Assembly (NCBI GenBank): GCA_009103225.1
Contig: RHPI01000671.1
Location: forward strand, 260,838 to 324,837
From: Chlorokybus atmophyticus
Lineage: Eukaryota; Plantae; Mesostigma and Chlorokybus algae
Length of the DNA: 64,000 nucleotides
Direction of reading: 5' to 3'
Shown piece after piece: positions 38,150-50,114 of the stretch (positions are counted from its first letter, which is position 1; every line of letters begins with the position of its first letter). The notes below the pieces were generated by a model. It was not told the DNA's origin, did not search any database, and saw nothing but the letters and a program-made list of their open reading frames with translations. The position numbers and the translations under genes were made by a program.

Positions 38150-38894
38150 ATGATCAAAGGCGTTGCCCCAAAATGTTAGCCCCTAACAGATAAGACTGAC
38201 CTATTGTGTCCCAACAAGATTGCCATCTCTTGCACGCTAATTCTTCATGGCCATATGTAGCTCTGACACCTTCCCTTAAGGCAAGTTGCCACCCCGCTTC
38301 TTCTCATCGATCCTGCCCTCTGACGTTATCAGGCCATTGATCTCGGTAGAATCGTTGTCCGACAAGCCAATGTGATCTGCCTCTCTGTTTGCAAGCATAC
38401 TATTGTTTCAGATAAGCAACATGCTACAACTCATTAAGCAATTACCTATAATGACCTTTGGACACGAAAAACATGAGCAACACTTTTGCTGCGCGAACAA
38501 TTGCTTCAGTCGTGACCTTCGTAGCATGACCATACTCTGCAAGGCACAAGTTGTCAACTTGTGCAACTTGTGTAGCTCGATATCAACTTGCACATCTTGC
38601 CTATAGAGCCCGCTCGACATTGCCCATACCAGCTAGATGCAAACAAAGGTGTTCTGAGTGAACCGCATTGGGGACAACCTCAAGTTTCATTGACGCCTCA
38701 ACCGCTGGGCGACCATCGTGAGTAGCGAGGTAGGGTGTTGCCGGCACCTTTACCACAGGAGGTGCAATTGATTGGTCCTGCATGAAAAGATAGACAACAA
38801 TTGGGAGAGAAAACAACATAGCGCTCAATGAAGAGGGAAAGCAAAGGTAGACCATGCTTTATCAAAGGTTAACAATTAACACTAAGCAAGGGCA

Positions 38895-38947
<53 letters not shown>

Positions 38948-39520
38948 AGGTGGTTATCCTTATGCAGCTTGATTTGAGCACAAACTTTAATAACATGGCT
39001 TACATAAACGTCAGGTATAAACCATTTGCAACAAACTGTGCTTTTAACATCAATGATCGAAAGGTGAGGTGATCCATGCTGAATGCGCCCGTGCATGCTG
39101 TTTTGCTATAACTACAAACGTTTCCATCCCTTTGAAGTCACTCAAATACAATTGTCGAGTCATTGACATTGACCCAATTGGCATGCTTAGGGTATGCATC
39201 GTAGTCATCCCACAAACATGCTCATGTGCCAGTTAGCACACAAGAATAAACCACCAACACCAACTCAACTATTACACCTGGGGCCTTGACTACCTATCCT
39301 ACACCACATCAAGTGCCTTATATGCAATGCAATGCAAGTGTCGAGCAGCAAGAGGCAGCATCAGCCAATCCACGACTTAACCAACCTGTGCAGCACATGC
39401 AGGTGAAGGTGAGAAGCGGTAGTGGCGCGCAGACATGATGAAACGAATGGCAAGACAAGTGTGATGATGTGCTGCGTGCTCTGCCGCCCGCCCCTAGCTA
39501 TATGCCGCCCACCGCAAGCT
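38150..39520 (-). pseudogene. Decayed intron-containing gene or transposon ORF of unknown family
   Basis: Exon-like blocks read WDDYDAYPKHANWVNVNDSTIVFE*, HGSPHLSIIDVKSTVCCKWFIPD, DQSIAPPVVKVPATPYLATHDGRPAVE and RSHWLVGQRFYRDQWPDNVRGQDR*EEAGWQLALREGVRATYGHEELACKRWQSCWDTI|gtcag. A telo-box lies at 39552-39559. Confidence 0.4.
38900..38945. repeat. (GA)n microsatellite, ~23 units
   Basis: Uninterrupted gagaga tract. Confidence 0.98.
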
Positions 39521-39766
39521 CCCAGCCTCATCGTGTTCTGACGGCGGTGGCTAGGGTTTAATTTCACGCGCTGAGCCAATCGCCTCACGGCAGTGGTGAC
39601 GCAGTCATGAAAAGTTAACATTAGTCACGAGCACGGAGTAGAGCACGCGACATGTTAGGTAAACACAGAACAAGTGATAACCTCAATAACACAGCATGCT
39701 TGTTGTCGTACACATGGAAGGCTGCTTTAACATGTGTACACGTGCACATGAACAACATATTGATGT

Positions 39767-40063
39767 GCACATGTCACTACAGGGTCCATCTATATTCCTT
39801 TCTCCATCCATTGTTACTTCTTGCGTACGTGACTATGCAGAACCAGACTTGTAACATCATTATACCTTATGTGAGCACTTGCCAAGCATTGCACTCTCTC
39901 ATTGTAGAGATTGAAGCGCACATGTCACTGCGGGGTCCATTTGTTGTCCTCTCTCCATCCATTTCTATTTCTTGCGCACGTAACTATCCAGAACCGGACT
40001 TGTAAGATCATTATATCTTATGTGAGCACTTGCCAAGCATTGCACTCTCTCATTATAGAGATT
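39767..40063. repeat. Diverged tandem duplication, ~151-bp unit x2
   Basis: gcacatgtcact..tccatcca..cttatgtgagcacttgccaagcattgcactctctcatt.tagagatt starts at 39767 and 39918. Confidence 0.9.
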
Positions 40064-40247
40064 AACATGCATGGCTTGTTGCAAACGGCAAACCTGAACA
40101 GCGTTGTCATAGTCATAAAACGATAAGGTAGTGTCATGAAGCAAAACACTGCTCAAGCAAACAAGACGCAGCTTTCAAGCATGCAACTGGCACACAACAC
40201 TCCACATTGAAGACCCGACCGCACTGAACCTGCTGCAACACCTGAGG

Positions 40248-42331
40248 TTATGATGCTATGCTAGTGGCCTTTGACCACAGCGGGTGCAGCACGTCGTACG
40301 GGCTCGTCTTGCTGAGCCATGAAGTGCCAGTAAGGACCAGCTTGGTGCTCATGGAGCCCGGCACCGCGTTGCGCAGTTGCACGGTGGCCGCGTTCAGGTA
40401 GGATGCCTTGGCTTCAGGCCTTTCCAAGCTTGCGACAGCCTCAAAAGGAATGGTCTGCAGGGGAAATGTTTGTCACAGGGTCATTGATGGTTAAGGGTCT
40501 ATTTGCACTTGATGTGCTGTGCAGTCACATACAGCACGCACTTGACGTACCAGTTGCTTGCTGCCGAGAGTGCCGTAAAAGCAGATGTGCTGTGCAGTAA
40601 CATACAGCTGGCCTGGTATGCTGGCTGGTCCTTCAGGAAGCTCTTCCTCAGTCAACATGCACGGCATATCTGCGCGGAACCAGCTGCAAGTTTTGGTACC
40701 AATGCTGAGGCTGTGTGAGACATGCATGAGAAAGTACACTACGATAGCTCCCAGTACGCCCTCACCATGCAAGAGGGGTTCGCGCGCAAGGGCAGGGAAG
40801 CGGGAGTGAAACATGTTGGCAGAGGGTGTGGGCACAGGAGGCCGCGGCGGCCCAGTGGGCACTCCCGTCCCAGGCATTGGCAGGTTGGTTGAATTGAGCG
40901 CAGCACTGAGTTGGCGGGTCATCAGCACCATCCAAACCAGGTTCGTAATCGCCGCAGCACCCGGGAAGCACAACCTCTCCAGCACGAAGCTTATCAAGGA
41001 TATCCCGAAAAACACCCGTTGCGAGCGGCTATCCCCACCAGGCGGCTTGAATATGGACCATGGGCTAGGAATTCCCGGTGGCTCATCCTGCTGAACAGAC
41101 GTTTGTACATGTTTGTTAGCAACCTGTGAACAACCCTAGATGAAGTGTGCCAACATCCGCAGCTGTGCGTCAACAACGTGCCTTGCCTGCTTGTTTAGTT
41201 GTCTCGGTGGACAATGGCTCCTGACCCTGCACCTGCCTCACGGCGTCCGTCCACGCGCGCTTCCCATCGGGAGTCAGTGCAAAAGCTGCGGTGATTGCCG
41301 CAGCTACTCCGCCTGCGAAGAGCGCTGCCCTACCCACCGAGGGCGTACCTGCGCGTGCGGCCCACATAAACAACATACGGTTTCAGGGCAGGCTGTCTAC
41401 AAGTGCACAACTTGAGCATAAGCGGGATCTACTTCCAATGGCCTCATTATTATGAACGGTTGTGCAAAGTGGTGAGCTGCATGCAAGCATGCTGGTTTGC
41501 AGGCCCCATCGTCTGCCATGCAACCAGACTACTCAACAGGTGATCAACTTGCGACACACGTACCGCACCTGCTGCCAAAACTGTGAGGTGTGCGCTGCGC
41601 CTGGCCGTGTGTGCTCCATATCGCCTGCGTGTTCTTGGTAACGCGAGCGGTGACCTGAGCCAATGATTGCCTGAAGACCTGCAGGGAGCAAGCACACAAG
41701 CGTCAATAAGTCAGAAGCAGCAGTTTAAAACAACCAATCACTATAAAGTAGCGACGAGTAGCAGGCACAGCAGGCCAGAGATAAAACAGCTGTAAGCTAG
41801 GTGCTTGCCATCAGCTGCATTGACCGCTGAATTGCAATGCGCAACATGCATTTTCTACAGAAGCAGCGCTGGTGACATCGGGCTGCGTTCACAAACTCTC
41901 AACGTGACAGGAAAAGGCAACAGCAGCCCCATGCAGCATGTATGCATGTGCCGCTGTGAGCGCCAACGCTCCTGCTTCTAAGCTGCCGGCATTTTCCTTA
42001 CTACCATGCTACAGAACTCAAGGACGTGAGGAATGGTCCAGGCTGGGCTAGACTGCAGATTAGCGTGCCAGCTAACGTAGGGGAGCAATGTCTAGCTTGT
42101 GCGGAGCCACAATTTGATGCATGTACCAGCGACTGTAGGCTACAGCTTGTAGCCATACGTCATGTCTACCTGTGCATGCACGCCATGCATGCCTACATGC
42201 CGGTGCCACACATACCAGCGTTTTCTACAAGCAGCAGCAGCCATGTCCCCAGAGCCCCGTCGCAGCGGCGCCTTCACCGTCCAAGCCACAACGGACATCT
42301 CACCCAAGCCCATCGACGACACGCCCGTCAT
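40248..42331 (-). CDS. Membrane protein with hydrophobic segments and a C-terminal GRAM (PH-like) domain
   Basis: The 3' exons give AALFAGGVAAAITAAFAL, VFFGISLISFVLERLCFPGAAAITNLVWMVLM, then GRAM DMPCMLTEEELPEGPASIPGQLYVTAQHICFYGTLGSKQL|TIPFEAVASLER..LHPLWSKATSIAS* (TAA 40250-40248). The 5' exons and start are uncertain. Confidence 0.7.
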
Positions 42332-42510
42332 CAACCCCACCGCCGCCGCCGCCGCCCAGCTCACCCTAACCCTACGCTGGCAATGCCACCTACACGTCGA
42401 CGGTGTTAATAATGCCGGTAGTTGTTGTGCGCCGACGTTAGGTCACAGGCACCAGCACTGACACAGAAAGCACACATAATGCATCTGATGGGTGTTGGCA
42501 GGCGCACGTG

Positions 42511-45340
42511 ATGGGTGGCGGGTGCAGCGTGGCGGCGGCGGCGGCGGGTGGCGACGACGACAACGCCGCTGCGTCAGGAGATGGGGTCGCAGCTTCCGTG
42601 AAGCCTCAGCCTGGTACGCGGCGTTGTCGTTCTGAACTCTTGTTATGCAATGTATGAGCGTTGCTGCTGCTGTATTGGAATCGCACAAGTCTGTTGGCGA
42701 GTTGGAGTTTGGTGGAGGATGTAGGAGGCGGAAACAGGACAACTATATTCGTGAATGATAGAGTGGAGAGGGATGCTGCTTGCTTGAGCTGCGTTGAGAG
42801 CGTTGTTTGTAAATATACGCCCTTGGTGAAGCAGAAACAACAACAACAACTACCCATCGACAACGTACCTTGTTGCCTACTCACTCACTCACCCACCTAC
42901 TCACTCAGGCACTTATGCTCTACTCCCCATTCTCACTGTCGCACTCTCTCAATCTTTCACTCACTCTCCCACTCCCACTCCCTCCCTCCCCCACTTCCTC
43001 TCTCGCCCTCACCCTTTGATGCCACCCAGGTCTTCCTGGCCACACAGGCCGCGTGCTGTGCATGGCCGCAGCCCCCGCAGCGCCAGCGACAGGAGGCGGT
43101 TCTACCAAACAGCAGCCTCAGAGGCTGTACACGGGCGGGGACGACGGACGCGTGTACGAGTGGGACGTGCAGGAATTCCTACCAACACGATGCTTCAAAG
43201 GTGGGCGTGGGCGTGTGTGGGTGGGGGTGGGTGGCATGCGTGCGTGTGTGCGTGTGGGTGATTGCGCGCACATGCGTGTACGTGTGCGTGCGCACACATG
43301 TGTGTCAATGCGGGTGCGTGCTTGCTGTATGGGCACGGGTGCGTGCAGGTGCGGGTGTGCGTGTGCGCACACATGCACTCACTCTCACACGCACGCGCCC
43401 GCACAAACACGTGCACACACGCGTGCATGCGCACGCACTGACACACAGGCGCGGGGGCGCATGTTTGTATCAGCACCAACCCTTAATGCATGCAAGTGAC
43501 ATACCTCTCCCCCTCCCCCTTATCAGGGCACAAGTCGCCAGTATTGTGTCTAGTCGTTGGTGGCGACGGCAGCGTGGACGCCGACCCGCACGTGTACTCC
43601 GGCTCTCACGACGGGGAGGTGCGCGCGTGGGTACCCAATAAGGCTGGCGGTGGTGGCGGGGCAAGCGCGCCAACCACACCGCGGGGCGGGAACGCTCAAC
43701 ATGTTGGGTTCCGAGACAACAACAACAACAACGGGAGCGTGCCTCCCACGCCAAGGGGAGGAGGAGGGTGGGGAGGAGGAGGGGAGGGGAGTGCGGCGAG
43801 CACACCGAGAGGGGGTGGGGGTGGGGAGGGTGGGATGTGGGGGGATGTGGTCCCGCCGTCGCCGAGGGGGAGAAAGGCGGTGTTCGCGGGGCATAAGGAC
43901 GCGGTGTATTGCATGTGCGTACACGGCCGGATGCTTTATACTGGTGAGTGTGTACAGAAAGTGCATGTTGTTGGCGCACAGTCCCAAAGCAGGTACTCTC
44001 TATGTAGGGTCTCAGGACAGGACTGTGAGGGAATGGGACCGAGCAAGCGCGCGCACACTGCGGGTGTTTCCAGCAACAGACTCCCTCGCCGCCAACGACC
44101 CCGTTATCGGGCTTGGTCTCAACCCCTCCATCCTCACCCTCTACTCGGCCACCATGCAGGCACTCTAGCCGTGCGCGCATGTGGGCGTGCACTCGTGTGC
44201 TTGTACAAGCATTTGCATGGGTGTGAGCGTGTGAGTGTGTTGATGCATACACATGCATGCATGCGTACTGGTGTGCGCGTGAGCGTACGCTTGCGCGTGC
44301 GTATGCGTGTGCCTGTGCCTGTGCCTGTGCCTGTTCGTGCGTGTATGAGACACGTTGGTTGTTGCATTATCACACTCCCTCTCTCGAGTTCACCGTCATC
44401 TCTGCACAGGGTTGCGTGCGTGGATGGGACTTATCGCCCCTCGACCCCACCAGCACCCCCAAGCCCTCGCCCAAGTCCTCTCAGCTGCATCCCTCCCTGT
44501 CGCCCGTGTCGGCCTTCGCGCTCGCGTTCGAGCGCGCGTTCCTCGCGGGCGGAGGGGCGCCGGGTCACCTCGGCGAGCTCAACACGCAACAACAACAACA
44601 GCAGAAAACGGGTCTATCCCACAACGGCAACACAAACCAACAGCAGCAGCAGCAACAACAACAACAACAGGGGAGTCTGCTAGCGATGATTGAAGCCCAC
44701 CCGCACAGCGTCACGAGCTTGTGCATCGGCCATGGCAGCATATTCATTGGTACGTTGGTTTGTGAAGGACATATCGAACCAATACAACAGGAAATGTCGT
44801 AGCAGCAAGAGTTATGAATCAATAAAAGTATACACCTGCGCCCACGTGCACGGCCATGCGCTCGCGCACACACACATGCACACGCGCATACGGAGATGCA
44901 CAGATAGGGGCATGTGTGCACACACATGCAAGCACACGCACGTATGCACTCCCTCTCACACACATGGACATTGACAGTCACACGCACAAACACACTATCA
45001 TTGACACGCAGGCGCAAGCAACGGTACGATAGTGGAGCATTCCCTCGCCACGCTGAAGCGCGTGCGTGAGCTTCATGGCCACATCGACGCTGTACGTTGC
45101 CTCGCCGTCGTCGGCGACATGCTCTACTCGGTATGCACTCTTACTCCTCCCCACACTCTCTTTCATCAACACATGTTGTCACAACGTGTTGACGTGCAGG
45201 GCGCGGGCGAGGGCGAGTTGCGCGAGTGGAGTCTGGCCTCACGCGCGCACACACGCAGCGAGCGCGTGTTCAGGCCGTACCTCGAGGGCGGGGACGGGGC
45301 GGACTTTGTGCAGCGCATCGTAGACAGATTGGGAGGGTAG
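42511..45340 (+). CDS. WD40-repeat protein with N-terminal MGGGCS acylation motif and low-complexity inserts
   Basis: WD repeats read GHTGRVLCM..LYTGGDDGRVYEWD, GHKSPVLCL..VYSGSHDGEVRAW, GHKDAVYCM..LYT|GSQDRTVREWD, LYSATMQ|GCVRGWD, AHPHSVTSLC and GHIDAVRCLAVVGDMLYS|GAGEGELREW. The stop TAG is at 45340. Confidence 0.9.
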
Positions 45341-45450
45341 AAAGTGGACCATGCTTACAACATGAACACATCTATTGACACAAGTTCGGCAACATGGCAA
45401 CAATGACTACAGCACCAACAGCTGGTGCCCAAGTTTTTCTGTCACAAGTG

Positions 45451-48429
45451 TCACAACTCTGTGTGGGTGTTTGAGCGTGGACCCGCCGCCGACCCCACAT
45501 TGGCTCCTTGACTCGCGAGGGCACTTATCACCTCCACGTAAACATCAATACCCTTGAGATACACATCCTCCGCAAGATACTGCACCCACAGAGAGATCAA
45601 GTCAGTGGGGTTGATGCTGATTCACAATTCACAATTCTCTCGGATAGCAGCGAGACGAAAGCTCTCCCACCTCGTTGTGGTCGTGTAGTAGTACGGGCGT
45701 ATCGTACATCGGCGAGAATCCGAGTACGGGCACCCCCTTCTCCCTCATGAACCTCCCGTCCGTGGCGGCGGGGAACACCTCCTCCGTGAGTTCGAACCCG
45801 CTGCGACGCACCGCGAGACGGAAGACGGACCACCAGGGGTTGGAGGCATCGCGCTTGAAGACCAGAGGCTCGTTGTTCGGACCACGCGGAGAGATCTGCG
45901 TAGAGTTTGTGTGTGCATGCGTCCGTGCATGTGCATGCACATATGCATGAGTGTGTCTACGTGTGCATGCGCGAGTGTGCGTGGCTCCGTGCGCGCGCGC
46001 GCGTGCACATGCGTGTGTGCGTATGTGTGCGTGTGCTTGTGCATGTGCGTATGCATACGCGTGCGCGTGTAGTCCATACTTACGCTGAAACAGAAACAAC
46101 ATACAAGATAGGGGTATCTACCTTCTGCTTGAAGTGGTATGACATGTTGCGCGAGGCCGGCGCCCAGTCCTCCGCGATCATCTTCTCCAGGGCGTCCACG
46201 TCGGCCTCGGGGGGCACGCGGATGTCGAGACCGAACTCGGCCTCGGACGGCTGCACGTTCATCACGAAACCCTTCTCTGTCTCCATGCCAGCCTAAACGG
46301 CCACACAAGTTCCGAATCACATCAGCGCCCGCGGAGACGCACGCACACATACACACGAGCACGTGCGCACGCACGCAGGCATGAACACACTCACAGGACT
46401 ACACATGCCTGTACGCACGCACAGACGCACATATCCACACCTTGAGATATGCCACATTGACGCTGATGACGTCCCCCTCAGCGACGAGTCCAGACTTCCA
46501 CAGCGCCATCTGCGCGGCGCGGAAGGACCGCACGGACCCGAGCGACCGCCCCAGCGCCTCCGCGGCGCAACCCTCGTCGTACATCCTGGACCCATGACCA
46601 GGCAACCCAACAGCCTGACAACAGATACCTCGATGTCACACACGCACACGCTTGCACACAGATCATGCACGTCTCGTGCCATCTCACCCTCTCCACCACC
46701 ATGAGAGAAGTGCATGTGGCTATGTCGTGTCGACACAACATCCCCACAACACACCCTCATCTTCCCCGACACAACATCCCCACCCACCTTGACAATCAAC
46801 CACCACGGCGCCCTCTCCGCATGAAACGCCCTCAATGTTGGCACCGAAGACGTCCCCGCCGGATTCGCCAGTCCCTCATCCAGCGCCATAGCAATGTCAA
46901 GTGACTTGAACATCTCCGACTCCACAAAGGCGCCCATCCCGTCGCGTCCCGACACCTCCTCGTCAGGGACGAACAGGACGCGGACGGTGCGGAGGGGGAC
47001 GAAGGGGGTGAGGAGGAGGCGGCGGATGGATTCGAGGTACTGCTGACCGACGCACTTCATGTCCTGAGAGAGGGGAGAGGGGCGAAGGGTTGGTGGAGTG
47101 TGGCATTGTTGGGTTGGGATTGGGATTGGGGAAGTGAAGGCATGACAGGTACAGGAACTATCTTGATGAGTGTCTTTTCGATCACTCACTTCAATCAGAC
47201 TGACACGGCTATGTGCACACACATGCACACGCATACGCACACATGTGCGCGCGTGAGCGTGCCCGTGTATCTGTGTGCAAATGCATGCGCACGCACGCAC
47301 GCGCGCACACACACCCACGCATTCCCTCACCTGCGCTCCCCTCGCGTATATCCTCCCTTCCCTCCGTACCGCCCCGAACGCCTCCCCCCCCTCCCACCGC
47401 GCCTCCTCCGCGGGCACCACGTCCATGTGCGAGTTCAGCAGCACGCACGGGAGGGAGGGGTCCGACCCCAACCAGGTGAGCAGGAGGACGGGCTTGCCGG
47501 GGACGAAGTCGCGACGTTCGGCGGAGAGACCCAACTCGGCGGCCTGTGTGTGCGTGTGTGTAAGTAGAGAAGTTGAGATTACGATGGCGTGCACAATAAG
47601 TATGCGACGTGATGGGTCACTCCTGGACACGATGCCGGCACCGAGCACAATAGACGAATTCATGCACAAACACAACTACCAACCATCGTTGTGCACATCA
47701 GCCAGCCTGGCCAATCCAAACACCCACAGCACGCATGCAAGACGCTGTTGGCAACAGCGCACCGCACTCTATGTATGTGCCCGTGTGCGCGCGCGCGTGT
47801 GTGTGTGTGTGCATGTATGCGCGTGTGTGTGCAAGCGCATGCGTATTTCCACAGTGGAATACATGGAGCGTACGCACAAGATGAAGATGATGATGATGAT
47901 GATGATGACCAGCACTTTATGCATGCAAGTATGCATGGACAGAGCCACACCAACTCACGCAAACTACAGCGCGCTGATGAGACAATCGCTGCCAGTGCAT
48001 GGCAAGACACCAACTGTGACTACTTCTCAGCAAGAAACCGCATTACCACCGTCCATGCACAGGCATACAAATGCTGACACCAGCAACACGCAAGCACAAG
48101 CCACAACACCAGTACTGTCCCTTTCAGCCCGGGTCAGCCAAGCAGCAATGGATGGTTGCTTGATCAATCAACCACACCTGCTTCAGTATGAAGTCGGCTG
48201 CCTTGTCGTAATCCGGCTTCGAGTGATCCGTCCGGATCCGCAGGTACTCCTGGAACCGCGCGATCACGGCCTCGGACGCCAGCGACGCCGCGGAGGCGGC
48301 GACGGAGGAGGAGGACGAGGGGTCGGTGACGACGCCCGCGTCAGCCGCCAACGACGACACCGCTGCTGTCGAGAGGAGCAGCGCCAGCCATAACGACGCC
48401 GTCGCCGACGCCGCCGCTGACGCCGCCAT
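45451..48429 (-). CDS. ACY1: Aminoacylase-1 (M20A metallopeptidase) with signal peptide and C-terminal HTEL
   Basis: Contains IARFQEYLRIRT, VLLNSHMDVVPA, IYARGAQ|DMKC, FVPDEEV, ALDEGLA, GHGSRMYD, NVQPSEAEFGLDIRVPP, FPAATDGRFMR and GFSPMYDTPVLLHDHNE|YLAEDVYLKGIDVY..RSNTHTEL*. Confidence 0.95.
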
Positions 48430-48513
48430 GCTGGCAACCCAACAAACTATCAGTCTGGCCTGGTGTGGTCTGGTCTGATTTTGGACAGAACAACCACCAG
48501 GCCCGGACTCAGC

Positions 48514-49843
48514 ATGGCGGCCAGCGTCAGTTGCCTGGCCCAGGTCAGCGGGCGCGGCCTTGTGACCAGCGGCCGCGGAAGCGGCAGCCTGGGCGGCCTG
48601 CGCTTCCCCTCCTCTCGTCGTTCAGCCCAGTCTGCAAGGCTAGTGCCAAGGCAGGCCCAGACCCAGGCCCTGTTCGGTTGGGGCCGCAAAGCTAAGGTTC
48701 AAGTCAATGACAAAGCGAAGGAGGCGAAGGACGAGCTGAGGAAGGCCGTGGAGGGAACCGAGCGGGGCGTGCTGACGCAGAACGACCGCGATGGGCGGAG
48801 AGACGCCATCGTGCAGTGCGTGGAAGCCCTGGAGGTGCGTGTGTATAGAGATTAACTGTGGGTATGCAGAGTAGTTGAGTTTGCACAGATATGGCGCAAT
48901 GCGCATGCTAGCATTCGTCAATCACGCACGCAGTGTCAAAAGTGTATGCGCGCGTGTGTGTGTAGTGCATGTGGACATGCGGCTGCGCATTGCAAAGTAC
49001 ATGATGTCTCTGTGTGTATGCGTGCGCGTGCGTCTGTAACTGTGCTGCGTGGATGTATTGTTGCATGCTGCTAAGTGCATTGCATGCATGCGGTGAAGCA
49101 CATCTGTGCATGCATCACATTGCCGCTTCTCCCATCGTCATGAGTGCAGGAGTTGGGTAAGGGGAGCGAGACGACAGGCGCGGATTCCCTGAGCGCGACG
49201 TGGCGTCTGCTTTGGACGACCGAGAAGGAGACGCTCTTCCTGCTGCAGCGCGCGGGACTGTTCGGCACAAACGCGGGCGAATCCTACCAGGCAAGTGGGT
49301 GCTGGGATTGGAGAGAAAGAGGAGGGAGAAGAAGTCATTTGTGTGTACGTGTGTGTGCAGGTGATTGATGTGAAGGCGGGGACGCTTAACAATGTGATAG
49401 AGTTCCCGCCCTCCGGCGCATTTGTCGTCGACGCCACCATCGAGGTGTCCGGACCCCAGCGCATCACGTTCAAGTACGCGTTGTGTGTGGGCCTTGTATC
49501 TGGACCCCAGAACCCTTACTTCTGTTGCTTGCCTCACCACTGCCATGCGCTGCTGTTCTCATAATTATGTGTTGGGTGGGTGTGTTGCCGTTACAGGTTT
49601 GACAAGGCGCGATTAAAGACGGACAAGTTGAACTGGGCATTGCCCCCTTTTGGCAAAGGCTGGTAAGCTTGAAAACCTTGTGTCCAGCATGCCAGTATAC
49701 TGCCCATTGAATTTCGACATCTGTGCCTGATGTGTTGCAGGTTTGATACAGTGTACTTGGACAATGACCTGCGCATTGCAAGAGACATACGCGGAGACAT
49801 ACTTGTCGTGGAGCGTTGTAAGACACCTTGGCAGGGCGTGTAA
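48514..49843 (+). CDS. FBN9: Plastid lipid-associated fibrillin, FBN9-like
   Basis: A transit peptide MAASVSCLAQ.. is followed by LSATWRLLWTTEKETLFLLQRAGLFG, VIDVKAGTLNNVIEFPP, LPPFGKG|WFDTVYLDNDLRIARDIRGDILVVER. The stop TAA is at 49841-49843. Confidence 0.92.
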
Positions 49844-50114
49844 CCCTTTGCCAGTGAACAGTTTGTAAGACTGCTAGCATGCTTGTCGACATTACTTCAA
49901 GCTCAATCGCTTATTGCAAAGGCAACTTGCCGCAGCACTTGCCGCAGTTATAGATATTATTAATGCGCGAGGTACAACAGACCATCTAGCAATAACCATA
50001 CACTGAGCTTTTGTTCAGTGTGGGATTACCAACAAGCCATGCGTCTACACTGTGTACAAGCTACGACGGCATGGCGACTCTCTATTTGCGAGGCTAGTAG
50101 TGCTGTGAAGTCAC

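Noticed and set aside
41170-41230. Apparent second GC-donor intron in the GRAM gene (AAA CAA|gcaggc)
   Set aside because: An upstream in-frame GT donor (..GTG AGG CAG|gtgcag) explains the splice without a non-canonical site.
43000-48400. Numerous His/Thr/Cys/Val/Arg-rich ORFs (THTHAH, CVCVC) in the ORF track
   Set aside because: These are translations of intronic (CA/GT/GC)n microsatellites on either strand, not metal-binding proteins.
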